Shown here: one piece after another, positions 27,677 through 42,944 of the stretch
How the letters are laid out: every line of letters begins with the position of its first letter
How positions within the stretch are numbered: the first letter of the stretch is position 1
Source: the human T2T-CHM13v2.0 reference genome, Homo sapiens
Assembly: GCF_009914755.1 (NCBI RefSeq)
Contig: NC_060928.1
Length of the DNA: 64,000 bases
Reading direction: 5' to 3' (one strand)
Translations under genes and position numbers: made by a program
The notes under the pieces: generated by a model
The model's input: only the letters and a program-made list of their open reading frames with translations
Told to the model about the DNA's origin: nothing
The model's database searches: none

Positions 27677-29189
27677 CATAAAATTCTTAAAGAAAAGCGA
27701 GTAAACACAATAATATGGGAAACACGTTTGGTTGCCATTGACAAAGTCTTGTTGACTATTTTTATCTCATTCTTGACAGGATTTAGAACAAAATTCATGG
27801 TTAAACAAGAGTAAACAATTATGCCACCTGATTTTTCAGGTTAATAAGTAAAAATTGTTTTATTTCATTAAAAATAATCAGCATCTTATCAGGAAACTGG
27901 GTAATTATTAAACATTTACCCAGTTGTCTCATAAGTAATAGCAAGTCATTTAAATCTATGCTGTTTGTTTGTAAATAGTTGTTTTCATTGAAAATATATG
28001 GTTATTTTAATACATGGATGTATTTTAATATTGAAGACTTTAATCCACATTAAACATAAAAGATTGATAAATAAGTAGGCATTTGTCATATCGTTCTTTA
28101 AAAGCCTTCTATATACAACAGGTATGAGAAACAATACTTAGCTGAATTTTCTTATTTGCAAGAATTAGAACTACTATCTCTATAGGTAGCCCTAGGTTCT
28201 ATTCTCTGGGCCACTTTTACAATAGAGTGGAGTCTTGCCACTCCATTACAATTATCATTTTAATAAAAATTATACTTAGAAGCCCTTATCCCTGGTTTCC
28301 TCTTTTTCCTGACCTATTCCCCCAGATAATTTGGCCCATTGCTATCTGTGGAGTGCTCCAGAAAACATCTTCTAAATGAATTGGTACTAATTAGCAGGAT
28401 TTTTGATGTCAGAACGAGACCAACCTCAGTCATCAATGGAAGACTTTCTTCTGGAGGCAAAATAAGATTTTTCTTCTTCCTTCTTCCCCTTTTCTCCTTT
28501 TGCTTTTCTTCCTTGCCTCCCATCTCTAGGAGGAAATATGACTTGTATTTCAGCCAAATTTGGAATATGGTGGTACATTAAAAATTTTCACCAAGTGCAC
28601 ATTTTCATGCACTAGAGTGTTCTCAGAAATTGTGTACTTGAATTTCACTTTGGAGCTCCTATTATTCATTTTGTCCTTTCCTCTTCATAGTGTGAGTCAT
28701 GGAGGTTTTGTGTAGGCCTGTGGCTCTTTATCACTCAGCCTAAGTCCCCAACTTTTCCCCTTCCCTAGTCCTCTGAGGATCTCTGGAGTGTCATCTGATC
28801 AAGTTATTTTAATGTTTTAAGAATTCTGAACAATTGTATTTTCCCATGTTGGCCATTTTGAAATGAAAATTATTTGGTATTAAAATAACGTGGTGGAGAG
28901 CGTTGCGTATATAGTGATGCAGAGATGCATGCTCCTTAGCTTCGTATAAATCTAAAACTTTTCAGCTGGTTTTTTTCTTCCATACTCTGAATTTTCTTTG
29001 ATGTTTGGCCATATTTCATGAGTATCACTCAAAAGTTCATTTAAATGTTGCAGTGAACTAAATATTATATGTATGCCCCAATTAATAGAGGAACATTCTG
29101 TTAAAAATCTGAGTTCACAGAATCCTGACTCCCTTATCCTAAGATTACATAAGAAAACATCTTATAAACGAATCGGTACTGATTAATAT

Positions 29190-29690
29190 CCAGGATAAAT
29201 GATTTTTCAGTCCTGCCTCTGCCTCCAGAATGCTGGGCGTGACCTTGGAGAACAAATCTTCCCTTTCTGATCCTTAATTTCCTCATTTGAAAAATCATGA
29301 TTATGTCAGTCACTAATTATTTTCTAAATACTATTTCCACACTGAAATTCCACTTTAAGAATTATTTAAACCCTCAAACAGGAGAATCTTAGCATCCTGT
29401 TTAATAGCCCATATAGCCTTGGTATCAGAAGAAAGTAAACATGCTTTTTTTAATAATATTTTTATATTGAGAAGTGCTGTGATTTGGTGAGAAAGTTTAG
29501 ATTTGGTTCAAACGTGCATATGTTTAAATTTTCTTAGCTACGTGATCTCAGGCAAGTTTTAAACTTTCTGAGCTCTGATTTTATAATTTGCAAGAAAAAA
29601 ATATTGGAATGATAGTATTTTAAAAGTTGTTGTGACTTTTAAAACACCTACACCATTATCGGGCAATATTTGGCATTCAATAAGTGTTTT
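29190..29690 (+). mobile_element. Two MIR relics (~29190-29340 and ~29470-29690)
   Basis: GTGACCTTGGAGAAC...TTTCCTCATTTGAAAAAT and AGCTACGTGATCTCAGGCAAGTTTTAAACTTTCTGAGC. Confidence 0.6.
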
Positions 29691-30060
29691 TCTCTCCCTA
29701 ATACAATATACTTCTTTTGTTTTAGTAATATCTGTAATAAAATACATCAACTATTAATTAATGTACTACATGTAAGTGACTGTTGAAAATTCAAGATATT
29801 TATTTTTCCTCTTTGCTAAATAACAAAGACACAATTTTCACTGATGTAAAATAAGGGGATTATAATGAAAAGTCCATCTTGAAGGGGGCGAGATAAATTA
29901 ATTATTATTTCTGGATATTAATAAAAAGTTTTATTATTAAACAAAACCACAAAGAAACCATGTGTAATATTTAGAACTCTTCAAGTTAATAACAATTTTC
30001 ATTGGTGAGAAAAGATTAGTGAGGCATCAGATGGCTGAATGAGTGATCCTTAAAAAAAAA

Positions 30061-30383
<323 letters not shown>

Positions 30384-31811
30384 TTAATCCTTTTGCCAAA
30401 TAAGGAAATATTAAAGATGAGAATATACAATGAGATGATTGGTATTTACAAATATCAATTCTGATAGGCTCTCTCAGCAGTAGACCAAAAGTGGTTTGAC
30501 TTTTGCAATATAATCTGATAATAGAGAACGTATTTTCTTCCATGTCATACCAGAAATTTTTGCACTCTCAAACATCACTCTACTGACATGCATAATATGA
30601 CATGCACTATCATATGATCTTGAATGCCAGTCTTTATTTTATTCTGTCTAATAGTGTTACTTATCGTTTCACTTAGATGTTTTTTGATTTCCAATTAAAG
30701 TCAAAGGCCTTGAAGTCAGGGACTACATCATTACTGTTTTGTATCTCTCCCACCTGGTCACAAGCCTGCATAAAATGAATTGTATTCTTAATTTCCTATT
30801 GAGCCTGATTTTTCAATAGTAAATGCACACTCCACACACTGCTTAATATTACCAACTAGCAAATTTTTGTCCACAGCTATCTGATATTGTTTATTGTCCT
30901 AATCACTAATATGGCATCCCATTCCCCACCCTGACACTATGGTGGGACATAGCAATAAAAAGGAATTTTTGTCACAGTGATTTTAACAGTTTCAACAACT
31001 GTACCCTAGGTGCTTTCCCTTTGTTATACTGTTAGACTAGCAACGTTAACAGTTTTAGGGAATAAGGAGCCTTCTGATTTCTTTGTTGCTTTATATACAA
31101 GATTAAGATGCTTCTTGCTTTAAGATAGAGTGCCTATATTCACTTCACGTATTACAAATCTCATCATAAAACAATTAGGCATAAAAGTATTCAACAGGAC
31201 TACAGTGGAGCTTTCTGGTAACAAAACACATTTTTCTAAATATAAGAGTAATAATTTAAAGTCACAATAATCTGAAACATGCTACATCATTATCAAAACT
31301 AAGATGGTACAACTAATATAAATTGTTTTTTTTGTGTGTGTGTCTGTTTCTTGGTTTTTATTTTTTTGTTTTTGGTTTTGTTTTTGTGAAGCACATATTT
31401 AGCTATTGGGGAAAAACATGGGATTTCCTTCCCTGATTAGCAAAATTTAGTCTAGGCAATGGATACTGGCAGACATAAAATGAAGCTGAACATGAGCATT
31501 AAGAATTGTTTCTAACTCCAGTGTTCATGTTGTATTTTCTCCAATTGATCCTCAAGAGAAGAAAACACAAGGCTCACAAAGAAACATCGAGTATCATACT
31601 CACTTAAATATGTATAATTCATTCATTGTTGAGTGAGAAAAAAAATCAAAGGCCTCTAATATCTACATTTGAAACAATTTCTGTCTTTTCAAAAATTATC
31701 CAATTTTTAAACAATTGTTAAATTTTTAAAAGTGAAATCAATTTTCGTTAATTTCTGTGGACTAAATAGAAATTTCTATCACAATTTGAATTTACCTATG
31801 AATCTCTTTAG

Positions 31812-32119
31812 TTATTTATTTAGTATTTTTTATTTTTTTGAGACAGAATCTCGCTCTGTCACCCAGGCTGAAATAGAGTGGTGCGATCTCAGCTACTGCA
31901 ACCTCTGCCTCCTGGGTTCAAGTGATTCTTCTGCCTCAGCCTCCCCAGTAGCTGGGACTACAGACGTGTGCCACCACGCTCAGCTAATTTTTGTATTTTT
32001 AGTAGAGATGGAAGTTTCACCATGTTGGCCAGGCTGGTCTTGAACTCCTGACCTTGTGATCCACCCGCCTTGGCCTCCCAAAGTGCTGGGATTAAAGGCG
32101 TGAGGCACTGCGCCTGGCC
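31812..32119 (-). mobile_element. AluS (Sg-like)
   Basis: Full dimer in reverse, CCTGACCTTGTGATCC. Confidence 0.94.
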
Positions 32120-32914
32120 TATTTATTTATTTTTAATCATGAACGTTTAAAAGAAAAGTAGAGCTCCAGTGGTTGGGACTAATTAACACTCCCCCCATTC
32201 CTCTGTTTCCTTGTTATTTGTAGATTATTATTGATGCCATCATGAACTACAAAGCTCAGTGATCTATGCGTGAGGCATTTTAAAGCCACCAGAAAGTGTT
32301 GTATCACTTGAAGGCTTTATTAAGTTTATTGACAGTAGATTATTGTTGGGAACCATATTTCATATTTGGATGCCGAGATTTATGACAGATTTAGTTGCAA
32401 AGGAAATGAATTTGATGGGTAGCACATGAAGCTTTGAGCTGCATGAAAAAATATCATGATTTTTCATAATATTACTCTCTCACATTGAACTATCTGGTGC
32501 CTTGCAGCCCAAGGTTGAAGCAAATATTTTATTAGAAATCAAATCAATTTTAGACAATAAAAAGCTCATATTCTATCAGCGAATAAAATACAAGCTCTTC
32601 AAAGAATCCTTTTTAAATTAATAGAATATATCAGTTTAGGTATTATAATACAGCTTCCAAGAATAATAAAGGATTCAGTTTTCACTCTCCTTAACCTTCC
32701 TCCTTAATGTGAAGTCTTCTCATGCCAGTGTCGATCTGATATGAAAATGCTTTGTGTTGTATATCACTGATTTTTTCTTTTTAAAAAAGTGCTACTCTCA
32801 TTTGTTTTTGCCCTCTAAAATGATAGTCAGAGTTCATATATTTTACACTGTAGAATGCCATTCACCATTGTTGGCAGCCTATGTTCTATTTCTATTGGTA
32901 CATGAACTCCACGT

Positions 32915-33195
32915 TAGAACAGAATTGCAAGTAAACAGACAGGAGGAATAAGTTCAAGAGTTCTGTTGTACCATAGATATGACTGTAGTTAATAACAATG
33001 TATCGTGTTCTTGAAAATCACCAAGAAAGTAGATTTAAAGTGTTCTTACCACACAAAAAACGATAATTATGTGGGATAATGTATATGTTAGTTAGCTCAA
33101 TTGAGCCATTCTACTATGTGTACGTATTTCAAAGCATCATGCACATGAAAAATATATAATTTTTGTGGATTTAAAATTTCAATTAATTTTAAAAA
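32915..33195 (+). mobile_element. L1MA-type (about MA6-8) 3' UTR end
   Basis: AGGAGGAATAAGTTCAAGAG...GTTAATAACAATGTAT...CTTGAAAAT...GTAGATTTAAAGTGTTCT...TATGTTAGTTAGCTC matches the L1MA 3' end. Confidence 0.85.
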
Positions 33196-35359
33196 GGAGA
33201 GAATCACACAGGAGCAGTGTGCCAAGGGGAGTGTGAAGGGAAAAAGAGAAATTAGGAGGAGGCATTCTCTAGCCCCGTTGTCTTTTTCATGTGAATTTCT
33301 CCTTGAGGAGTCTTCACAAGCATTTTCAGCCAGTTCTCTCACTTTCAACTTCTCTCCCAGTTTCTGCTTACTTCTCTTCCTCATCCCACTTTTCCTGGCT
33401 CGTATACTTATGCCCTATTTTTATTCTCTCAAGAAAACCTTCACCACCTTCTCTCTCATAGGAGGTAGAATTGTGGTACCATCCAAGCATGTTACCAAGG
33501 TTTGACTTGTTCTTCCGAACAGGGCTGGCATCTCCCCTCAGACTCCTAATTTGAGAATCCTTTTTTATATTTCCTCCTTTTCAAAATAATTAACAAAACA
33601 ACTCTTAACCCATTGTGTAATACATATGACCTGGTGCATTATATATAAAATGCTATTATGAAGGATGTCAGACTTTTGTTGATTTTTTTTCCCAGTTACT
33701 TTACTGACCTCACCACATTTAACAGTAACTGCATCCACTCTTTCCGTTGTATGATCTCTTCTACTGTCCCTCACATATCCAGAACGGGAAGAACACTTGA
33801 ATCTACTTCTGATAGTACCTAGAGAGAGTACTGCAGAGTTGGGGAGGAATGTAGACATTTTCTGTGACATTGATTTTAGAGAGAATTAAAAATTTAAAGA
33901 AAAATATTTCATTGTTTTAAGCATTAAACATTAACTGCAGTTGGGATCTGACAGACATAATCTTTCTGCAAAATCAAGTTTGTCATATAGGTAAGTAATT
34001 GATAACATGCCTCTACTCTTACCTGGACATCACCTGCCTCTTGTTAGGATCAAGGGAGTAGGTAGCTGCAGGGGGCATCTTTCACAGCTTAATTTTGGTC
34101 TCTGACTGCTTCCACCTAAGACCATGTTGGAGTTACATTGGCCAAATCATTTGAAAAGAATATTATCTAAGTAATCATACATACACATTTACAAGTAGAT
34201 ATAAATCTGTGTCTACATCTATAAGTGTATTTTTATCTTCATCTATCTAATCTAAAATTTAGTTTTCTTTTTAATGGGAAAAAAGTAGCAATTTTGTTTT
34301 AAACTATAATTACTATGAGCCAAGGGATTCCTGCTATTATTTGGACAAAGATGAAAATCAGTCTCTAAAAACTTGAGTGGAGGACTAGTTTGTTTTAAAG
34401 TCACTGCACGGGTCAGCATTTAACTTTCAAATCAACTATACCATTTGTTTAATAAAAAGCTAACTTTAACTTACGGAATTTCAAAGAAAAAGCTATTTCA
34501 AATTCAGAAAAAGAGCATACTTATACATTTGCATGATCATTCATAGCTTTATTTTTCATCACACTTTATTTCAAATAGTGTTGGAGGGATTACTTAACCC
34601 CTAAAATGTTAACATATTTTTGTTTCTAAAACTATGTGGCTTAGTACAAATCAAGTGGCCATAATCAGTATGCATTCCTTGTAGAATGGAAACATAAGTG
34701 ACATTTTGAAATATTTTAATTGCATGTTCAGAAGTGCTAGTGGATATGCCAAAGTCAGAATAAGATCCTGAAACTAATTAATGTGGCTTCATTTATCAAG
34801 AGCACTAGAGCTGTTATAAATACTAATAATAGCATTGTAAGAGTATATTTCCATTTGTCTGTTGATACTTGCTGGGTACTGTCATAGTGCTCCACACCAC
34901 TGAGTAGAAGAAAGGGCTTTGTGTGAATTTCACAAAAAGCATTCCACACTTCTCTGTAGTAAATTCTGAGACCTTTTTACTGACATTAGTATCCCTAGTA
35001 CTAAGATTGATTGATTGCAAGAAACAACTGTGTTCATGTTCACAGAGTTGCAGGATTAAGGAAATTAGTAAAACACATTCCAAATTCAAACATACTAATT
35101 AATAAAAATATGTAAAACAGAAAAAATTCCCTTGCTATTCTTTGGGGGTGGTAAAAGTGGGCCCAGAGGAGGGGTTCATATGCAAGGGTTAGTTTTTATA
35201 TAAAATCTTGCCTCGTAACTAGAGACTGCTGAAACAGAAAAGACTTCAAAGTGATATTCTTGGATAAAGGCCTGGCCTTCATTTCTCATCCTTAAATATT
35301 TGGGAATCTTTGTCAGCAGAGTGTTTGTTCGACGCTTATTGTGAGAACATATGGAAAGA

Positions 35360-35530
35360 GCAATGGATTAGGAAACCTATATTTGGTCTTGAATCTTCTG
35401 TTCCTTGGGAACGTTTTCTCCCAGCCAATTTTACTTCTCAGGTCTTTAGTTTCTTCACACATAAACATAAGGAAGTTGGACTCACTGACAGTATAGTTCT
35501 TTTCAATTAACTCTAAAGGCTGTGATTCTG
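35360..35530 (+). mobile_element. MIR/MIR3 relic
   Basis: TCTTTAGTTTCTTCACACATAAACAT...GGCTGTGATTCTGTGAT. Confidence 0.5.
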
Positions 35531-35941
35531 TGATCGTTACTGTAAGATGACTGGTGCCCCAAAGAAAGGGTAAAACTTAAGGTTTAGAATTGTATGCAGG
35601 AGCAAATTGCCTGCCAATATGTAATTCCCAAAATTTGTGTGTTCTTGTGAGTCACCTCTAAAGGTGGCCAGTTTGCTGCTTCTATGACAATGAAATTTCC
35701 AGGTTAAATATAGAAGAGACCACCATGGGCAATAAAGGTAATTCCAGTAGAATGTGGCAAAGGAAGGTTAAATAAAATGTTTATCTTAGAGAAAGAAAGC
35801 CAGCAACAGATGAGCATAAATATGTGTAAAGAGAAATGTCCCTGAAATTTTAGTTACATTTGTTTTCTGGGGCAAAGGCTAGATTAGTAATACCATTAAA
35901 AAAAAAGAAGGGGACATTTGTGCACTGTTTTATATTTCATC

Positions 35942-36304
<363 letters not shown>

Positions 36305-36439
36305 TAGATTTATATTTTGGTTCCTTTTCGGGAAACATTATAGACTATTACCTTCATTTTTTTTCAACAAATGTTATTCCAGGCTAGATTGGTTATAGAA
36401 CAGGCCTTGAGTTGAGATACTTTAACATCTAGTAAAATG

Positions 36440-36680
36440 GAAAGAAGATGGCTTAAGAAAGAGAATGGCTTAGGTTTCAGTGGTGACTATGCAGTCAACT
36501 TACTAATTTTGTGACCTTGGACAATTTATTTAATCTTTTTGACATTAAGTATTCTAGTTTGAAAACTCAGCAAAATTTCTTACCTCCTGAACTGTGACAG
36601 AGTGAAATGAAAAAATTTGTATGAAGCATGTAGCATAGTACTTATCATAAAGTAGATGCCCATCAATACGTAGTTGATCT
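36440..36680 (+). mobile_element. MIR
   Basis: ACTTACTAATTTTGTGACCTTGGACAATTTATTTAATCT...TGTATGAAGCATGTAGCATAGT. Confidence 0.7.
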
Positions 36681-37678
36681 ACCTTCAGCTAACTCATCGC
36701 ACATTTTCCAATTTTTGAACGTTTAAACCTATGACTTAATCCTTGCTTTGCACAGGGATGTATGGCCCGGAGTAAACCATTGTTTCTGGGGCTGCAGTGT
36801 TAATTGGCAAAAAGAAGGGTTTGAGCTAGATAATTTTAAATATTCCATTGTCTTTTCATCAAATTTTATCTCTTTTGGTTTATTTAGATTTAAAATAACA
36901 ACAATAACAACAACAAAATAGATGCACTACCATCCTCTGACCCTGTAACAACAATGGTGTGTTACACCCCAAGACTATCATAATTATTGTGACTTTTTAA
37001 ATTCAAAGCTTAGTCTTTTGTAAGAATCACCTTGAAAAGCAGGATAATTTTTACCTGAAATAGTTAAAAGACTTGAGATATGCATTTTCAATTCTTTCTA
37101 AAACCAAGAAAAATTAATCTGCATATGGAATTCTTCTTTAAAAGTTGAAATTTTCCTTCTAGTATGGAGTCTGAGACATCTAACTTACAGTTTCTTTTGG
37201 CCTGCAATTGATTTCTCCTTGCCTACTAAATGATAACTGCTGATGACATTAATATTCAGGTCTGTCCTTTCTTCCCAAGAGGTCATTTTTAGTCTTTTAA
37301 AAAAAATTAGTCTATTTTCTCCTGAGAATAATTATTTCCCATGAAGATGGTTTGTAGCTATGAGTGCCTTTCTTAAAAGCACACAGAAAAGCAAAAAACA
37401 AACAAACAAGGAAAAAACCCACCTATTTCTACATAAGCATAAAATGATTCACTATTATATAGATATTGTAGCAAATCTGAAAAGCCAAACCAGTCAGAGA
37501 CGTGTAGATAATCCTGGTTTCACCTCCTCCCACCAAGAAAAGTCTAATGACCTTATAATATCATTATGAAGAAATGGTTGAACAATGACAAAGGTGATCT
37601 TTGCACAATTTGATTTTTCTTATCTGAAATTTAAAACTGTTTTATTATAATCAGAATCCGTTTGAAAATGTCTTTATT

Positions 37679-38023
<345 letters not shown>

Positions 38024-38530
38024 TTACACCTACAGGGAAATCACAGTATTCATAGATCATAAATTAGAGAAATTGGTCCTTTTTCTAGTCCATTCCTTTA
38101 TGATTTTATGATGAGAAAGCTAATACATATTATTCTTCTACACTACTCCAAAATCTTCTTAAAATTAAACAAACAACAACAAAAACAAAACTTAATCCAA
38201 GTATATCATGTAATTAATTTACAGATCACCTAAGTAAGAAGGTTAGGAAAAAGTAATAATCCATATCTATTTTATACCAGGTTTTTACTTGAAAATCTTT
38301 TTTTTTTCTTATTTACATATTACTGGTATGTCTTTTTTGTAAGGACACCCAGCGACTGCCTCAAAAGCTTCTAAGTACAGACGTCAAGTTGGCTCCATGA
38401 ACCTCATTTAATAGCTATAAAATGAGGTGGATATTATTCATAGTATCTCTGGGAAGTTTTGCCATTAGTAATTCTTGAATTATTTTACATAATTTTAAAT
38501 CATGAAAATGGCTTGTATAATAGTATTTTT

Positions 38531-38638
38531 CTCACCTGTATTCTCTGCTTCTCAGGTGGCTGAGGCAGGAGGAACGCTTGAATCCAGAAGTTCTAGTCCA
38601 GCCTGGGGAACATAGTGAGAACTTATCTCCAAAAAAAA
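38531..38638 (+). mobile_element. FLAM-like Alu monomer, 5'-truncated
   Basis: GGCTGAGGCAGGAGGAACGCTTGAATCCAG...CCAGCCTGGGGAACATAGTGAGA...A8. Confidence 0.8.
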
Positions 38639-40515
38639 TCAGTTTTCTTTTTTCTAGGGGCCTATATAGAATTAAAATAAATGTGAATACATTTATTTCT
38701 GATATATTTTTGGAAATATTTTGAGACATAATAGTACCATAAGAATATTTTTATTTTTAAATATTAGTTGGAATATGAAACAACGAAATAAAATATTGGT
38801 GCATAGTCATACTAATGAAACCTAAGAAATACTTTTCTTATTAGGGCAATTTAGGAGTGTGTGCCAAGGAGGAAAGAACCCTAGAAGTATATTAGGGGAC
38901 ATTTAATTTCTAGGGAGGGTATTGTACTGCAAATGGTGGTCACTCACCAGGTCACTGTCAAGATGAGACTGAGCTAAGGCAAGAATATAAGTTATTTTAA
39001 AGGCCAGATTTGCATCTGTGAAAACATGCTGTTCCCTAGAAAGCACACAGACATGAGTTGCATAAAAATACTCATTTGTAAAAATTGTGTGTTTTATTCA
39101 GTTTGGCCATCTGAATCACCACGTGAGAAAGGAATATGAAAACGTTAGACATCATGGTAGGCAGAAACTGCACGATAGTACCATGTGATAGGAAATGAGG
39201 GATGCATACTGCAGAAAACACATTATTTTGGCATGTTTCTGCCCACAAGTGTATCAACTCCATTACATTTTTCTGTATGATGAATTACTGAGAATAATTA
39301 GACTCAGAATATTGTAATATATTAGTTAGATAGATGGGTAGACAGAATAGTCACCTACATACTCTTAGTTATAAACAGTTGTAAACACTATAGTCTGAAT
39401 TAAACAGAATTCTCAGTTTATGAGAAGCCCAACATTTTCCATATGCACTGTCATATTCCATTTTTTCTAATATTCATATTTCATTAGCATTTAGTACACA
39501 GGCCTTGGATTGTTGAAACAAGAAATATAAATATATTCAATTTCTATATTTGTGAACTATTTATCATTTAAGTTATCATCAAGGCCGAGTTAGTTTTGTT
39601 TAAGACACTAAATCAATTTAAATCCCACCTCTTTTACTTTTGATATGCAAATATTTTTACTTTGATGTTGTAGCAATACAAATTGAAGTTTGCAACATGA
39701 ACTGCTAATGCTAATTTGATTACTTTTGTATTAGTGTTTAGTGTTACAAAAATAACAAGAGATTATTTTTTAAATGAAACTGGGAATGGAAGAACTCTTT
39801 CTTTGCAGGCCCTGTGCAATGATGGTAGTATTAATGCATGTACATTAATGCCTGATGATTCTTATAGAACAATGAATGTGATTTTGAAGGCAAATCATTC
39901 AAGATTTTTAGAAAAACTGACAGCTTGATTTCTCTTTTTTAATTGAAAGTTCATCAAAAAGTCCTCACCTTCCTTTTTAACAGGTCAGAGACTTCAAATC
40001 TACTTAAAATATTTGTTGTAGATGATTTAGACCACAATTTATTTTTAGCATTAAAAATGTTTTATGTGAAGACAAGGTGCCTGAATTGTGAATGCAAAAC
40101 TTTTTGGACAGAATCAAATCACAGTTTTTTTTTTCCAGAAACTTGTTTCTTAGATTATTTGATTTATTTGATAAAGTTGAAGAGATTTCTCATGATCTGT
40201 CACAAGAATGGTGTAAATATCTGACTGCAAAACAAGCTAAGATAGGTACTCCTAAAACCTGTTGAAAAACAATTTTTTCTCTTTCTCTTTTTAAATAGTA
40301 CTTATGAATGGTATCTCTCCAAATATATACATCTCACTAGTACATATAGCTATATAATCTGTAAGATATCCCAGTGATGGAGCTGCAGTAATATCGGCCA
40401 CCTGTAGTGTGCCTGCAGCGTGCATGTTGCTTGTCTGTTTCTTGATGAAATGTCTGTGTAGTGTCTGTAATTTGCATTATGCCTGAAAGTCTCTATGCTC
40501 ATTAACCTTTTACAG

Positions 40516-40542
40516 GTGCCGCACCATTCCAAGGAACTGCAG
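40516..40542 (+). CDS. PCDH7: 27-nt in-frame microexon, phase 1-1 reading (G)AAPFQGTA; same host gene inferred
   Basis: Seen: TATGCTCATTAACCTTTTACAG|GTGCCGCACCATTCCAAGGAACTGCAG|GTACTA; length divisible by 3, no stop in any frame, TGC motifs just upstream of the acceptor, TGCATG at 40421-40426. The donor is weak. Gene and phase are inferred from the 1099 exon. Confidence 0.5.
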
Positions 40543-42469
40543 GTACTAAAAGAATGGGCAGTACTTACAAAGTAGAGGCACAGAACCCTTGTGAGCTCTA
40601 ACCTCTCCTTTTGCCTACTTTTAGGCAATGTTTTGGAGGTCACTGGTCTAACACTCAATGAGTTAGAGATTCATAACCAAGCTAAGGAAGTGAAACAGAG
40701 GAGTAGCTAATGATTGAATAGGGGTTATGTTGTATATTTCCAACATATCACTGATTATCTGACACCCTTCCCCACCAAAAAATGTATAAATTTCAGTGAA
40801 AAGAGAGAGGGAGAGAGATTGAGAAATATCAATTAATCATTACTTTATGTATCAAATTGTCAAAAGTTTTGCCTCAAACTATGTCTAGAAAAATGTATTA
40901 GAATTTATTCACATGCCATTGACTTTTCAAAGAGTTCCTGATAATATATGTGGTACCTGGAAATAGAATGCAGAAGTTAATCAGGTTAGAATGTTGACAA
41001 ATACAGACTAATAGACTGAAGGACCATATACAAAATTTATTACACTAATAAATATTGAGTTCTATTTGGCAGATTCTCTTTATGATTATAGTATAATTTT
41101 TATATAATATAGTCAAATAAGAGCAAGCATTCAGCATTATTCTACATTTTTCTTTATAAAATTTAAAAATTTTGTGCCTAAAGAGGAAAAAAAAACATGC
41201 AATGATAGCCTCAAAGAAATTGAACAATGTGCATATATCTGTCTATGTATCTACCTATATATGTATGTACACAGACTATATAGACACACACTATATATAC
41301 ACAATATATATAGAATATATACACTATAGAAATGTTTTCAGCATGATAGCAACTTGAATGATAGAGAATTCTCTTCCAGAATGCTACTTACTATGATTTT
41401 GCATTAATACCTGTAAATTCCATGTGTGATAGAAAAAGAAAGAATTCTTACCCTTTCTATCCAGTGCTTTTGTTTTCTTTTTCAAAATAGTCACTTTGGT
41501 TTACAGATGTTTTCTTTTATATATGGTACAATGTTTAAGAAGAATATAAATCAATCTACCTTGGGTAAACACTTATTAAGTAGCTACTAAATCGGCTTTG
41601 GCAAACCACTCCTATAATCCCACAGACTTGCTAGAGTTAGGGAATACTTTTGTGATTATGAAAATCATTAATGCTATTAAAAATATTGATGTCAATGATA
41701 TTAGCCTTCATCATTGAAACCATTTTCAAGAGCTAAAAGTGGGCACAGCATTATATGATCCCACTTCTGCTTAATGGCCTCACAATCCAAATTACCATCT
41801 TGCTCAACTTCCCATTTTTAAAATGCAAACTTTTTTATAAGTTATTTATGCATATTGTTAAGAATAATAATCCATCCTCTTTTTTATAGTAGGTATAAAA
41901 TAATTATCTATAATTCTTTACATATATAATGAAAGAAAATTGAGGTCAGGTATAGCAAGGAAGAGAAGTATTCCATTTTCTTCACTTTAGAAAAGGGGAT
42001 TCTATAGATGTAAATGCTCACTGCTTTGTCCACTTCTTCATCTGTTTTTCACGATACACCGGGTTCTTTCCATCTAGATGTTATGTTTTTCAAAAAGCCA
42101 TCTATTTTTAAAACTTGTTCTCTTCCAATATAATCTGGAAGCAATCAAGACTCAAGTCACCATGGAAATGTTGTGAGTTTGAAAATGATGTCTGCTAAAT
42201 TATGCCATTGGCTGAACCTCACTCCTCCCCCAAGTCAGAAGGTCAGTTTTCGTTTTGCCAGCCATCATTTTTACCTAAATGGACAACATTCCCACTGGAT
42301 CCTATGAAAGATAATGTGAAAATGACAAACAGTTCATCTTCCTCCAAAGTACACTGTTGTGAGAGGGAGGAAAGAGGACAGAGGCTAGACAAGAAGAAAA
42401 GAGTTAAAGAGGGATATCCCTGATAAAATCAGCACTTAGCCCTTAGTTTCATTTAGATCAGCACTCTCG

Positions 42470-42563
42470 AGACTGAGGAACTGATTTTTTAATATTTTAT
42501 TTAATCTTAATTTACATTTAAATAGCCACATTTGGCTAGTAGTTATCATATGGGACAGTGCAG
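42470..42563 (+). mobile_element. MER3 (hAT-Charlie MITE), 3' half
   Basis: GACTGAGGAACTGATTTTTTAAT...TTTAAATAGCCACATTTGGCTAGT...GGACAGTGCAG. Confidence 0.85.
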
Positions 42564-42944
42564 ATTTAGATCCTCGGGTTCTCATTTAACTTTAAAAGGC
42601 AAAGGTTAAATGTTTTTAATTTAGTATTTGAAATTGACACCAAAGAATAAAACTGGTCATCGTTCTTTTGGAGAATCAGTATTTCTTTTGGTAATTCTAG
42701 ATTATTTTTCTTGGCTTCCTGTGGTTTTAGCCTCCTCCCTCACAGAAAATAATTAAAGTATTGCTTAAAATTAAGATTTACATAAAATGTATATATTTAT
42801 GTATTAAATAGATATAAGACAGTATTTACATATATATAAGCACACATATACACACAAGTTTTCTTTATTAGAAGAATTTTACTAAATATTTGAAAAGACT
42901 TCATGCAATTATTTGGCATGGAACAGCACTTAAAACTTATTCTG

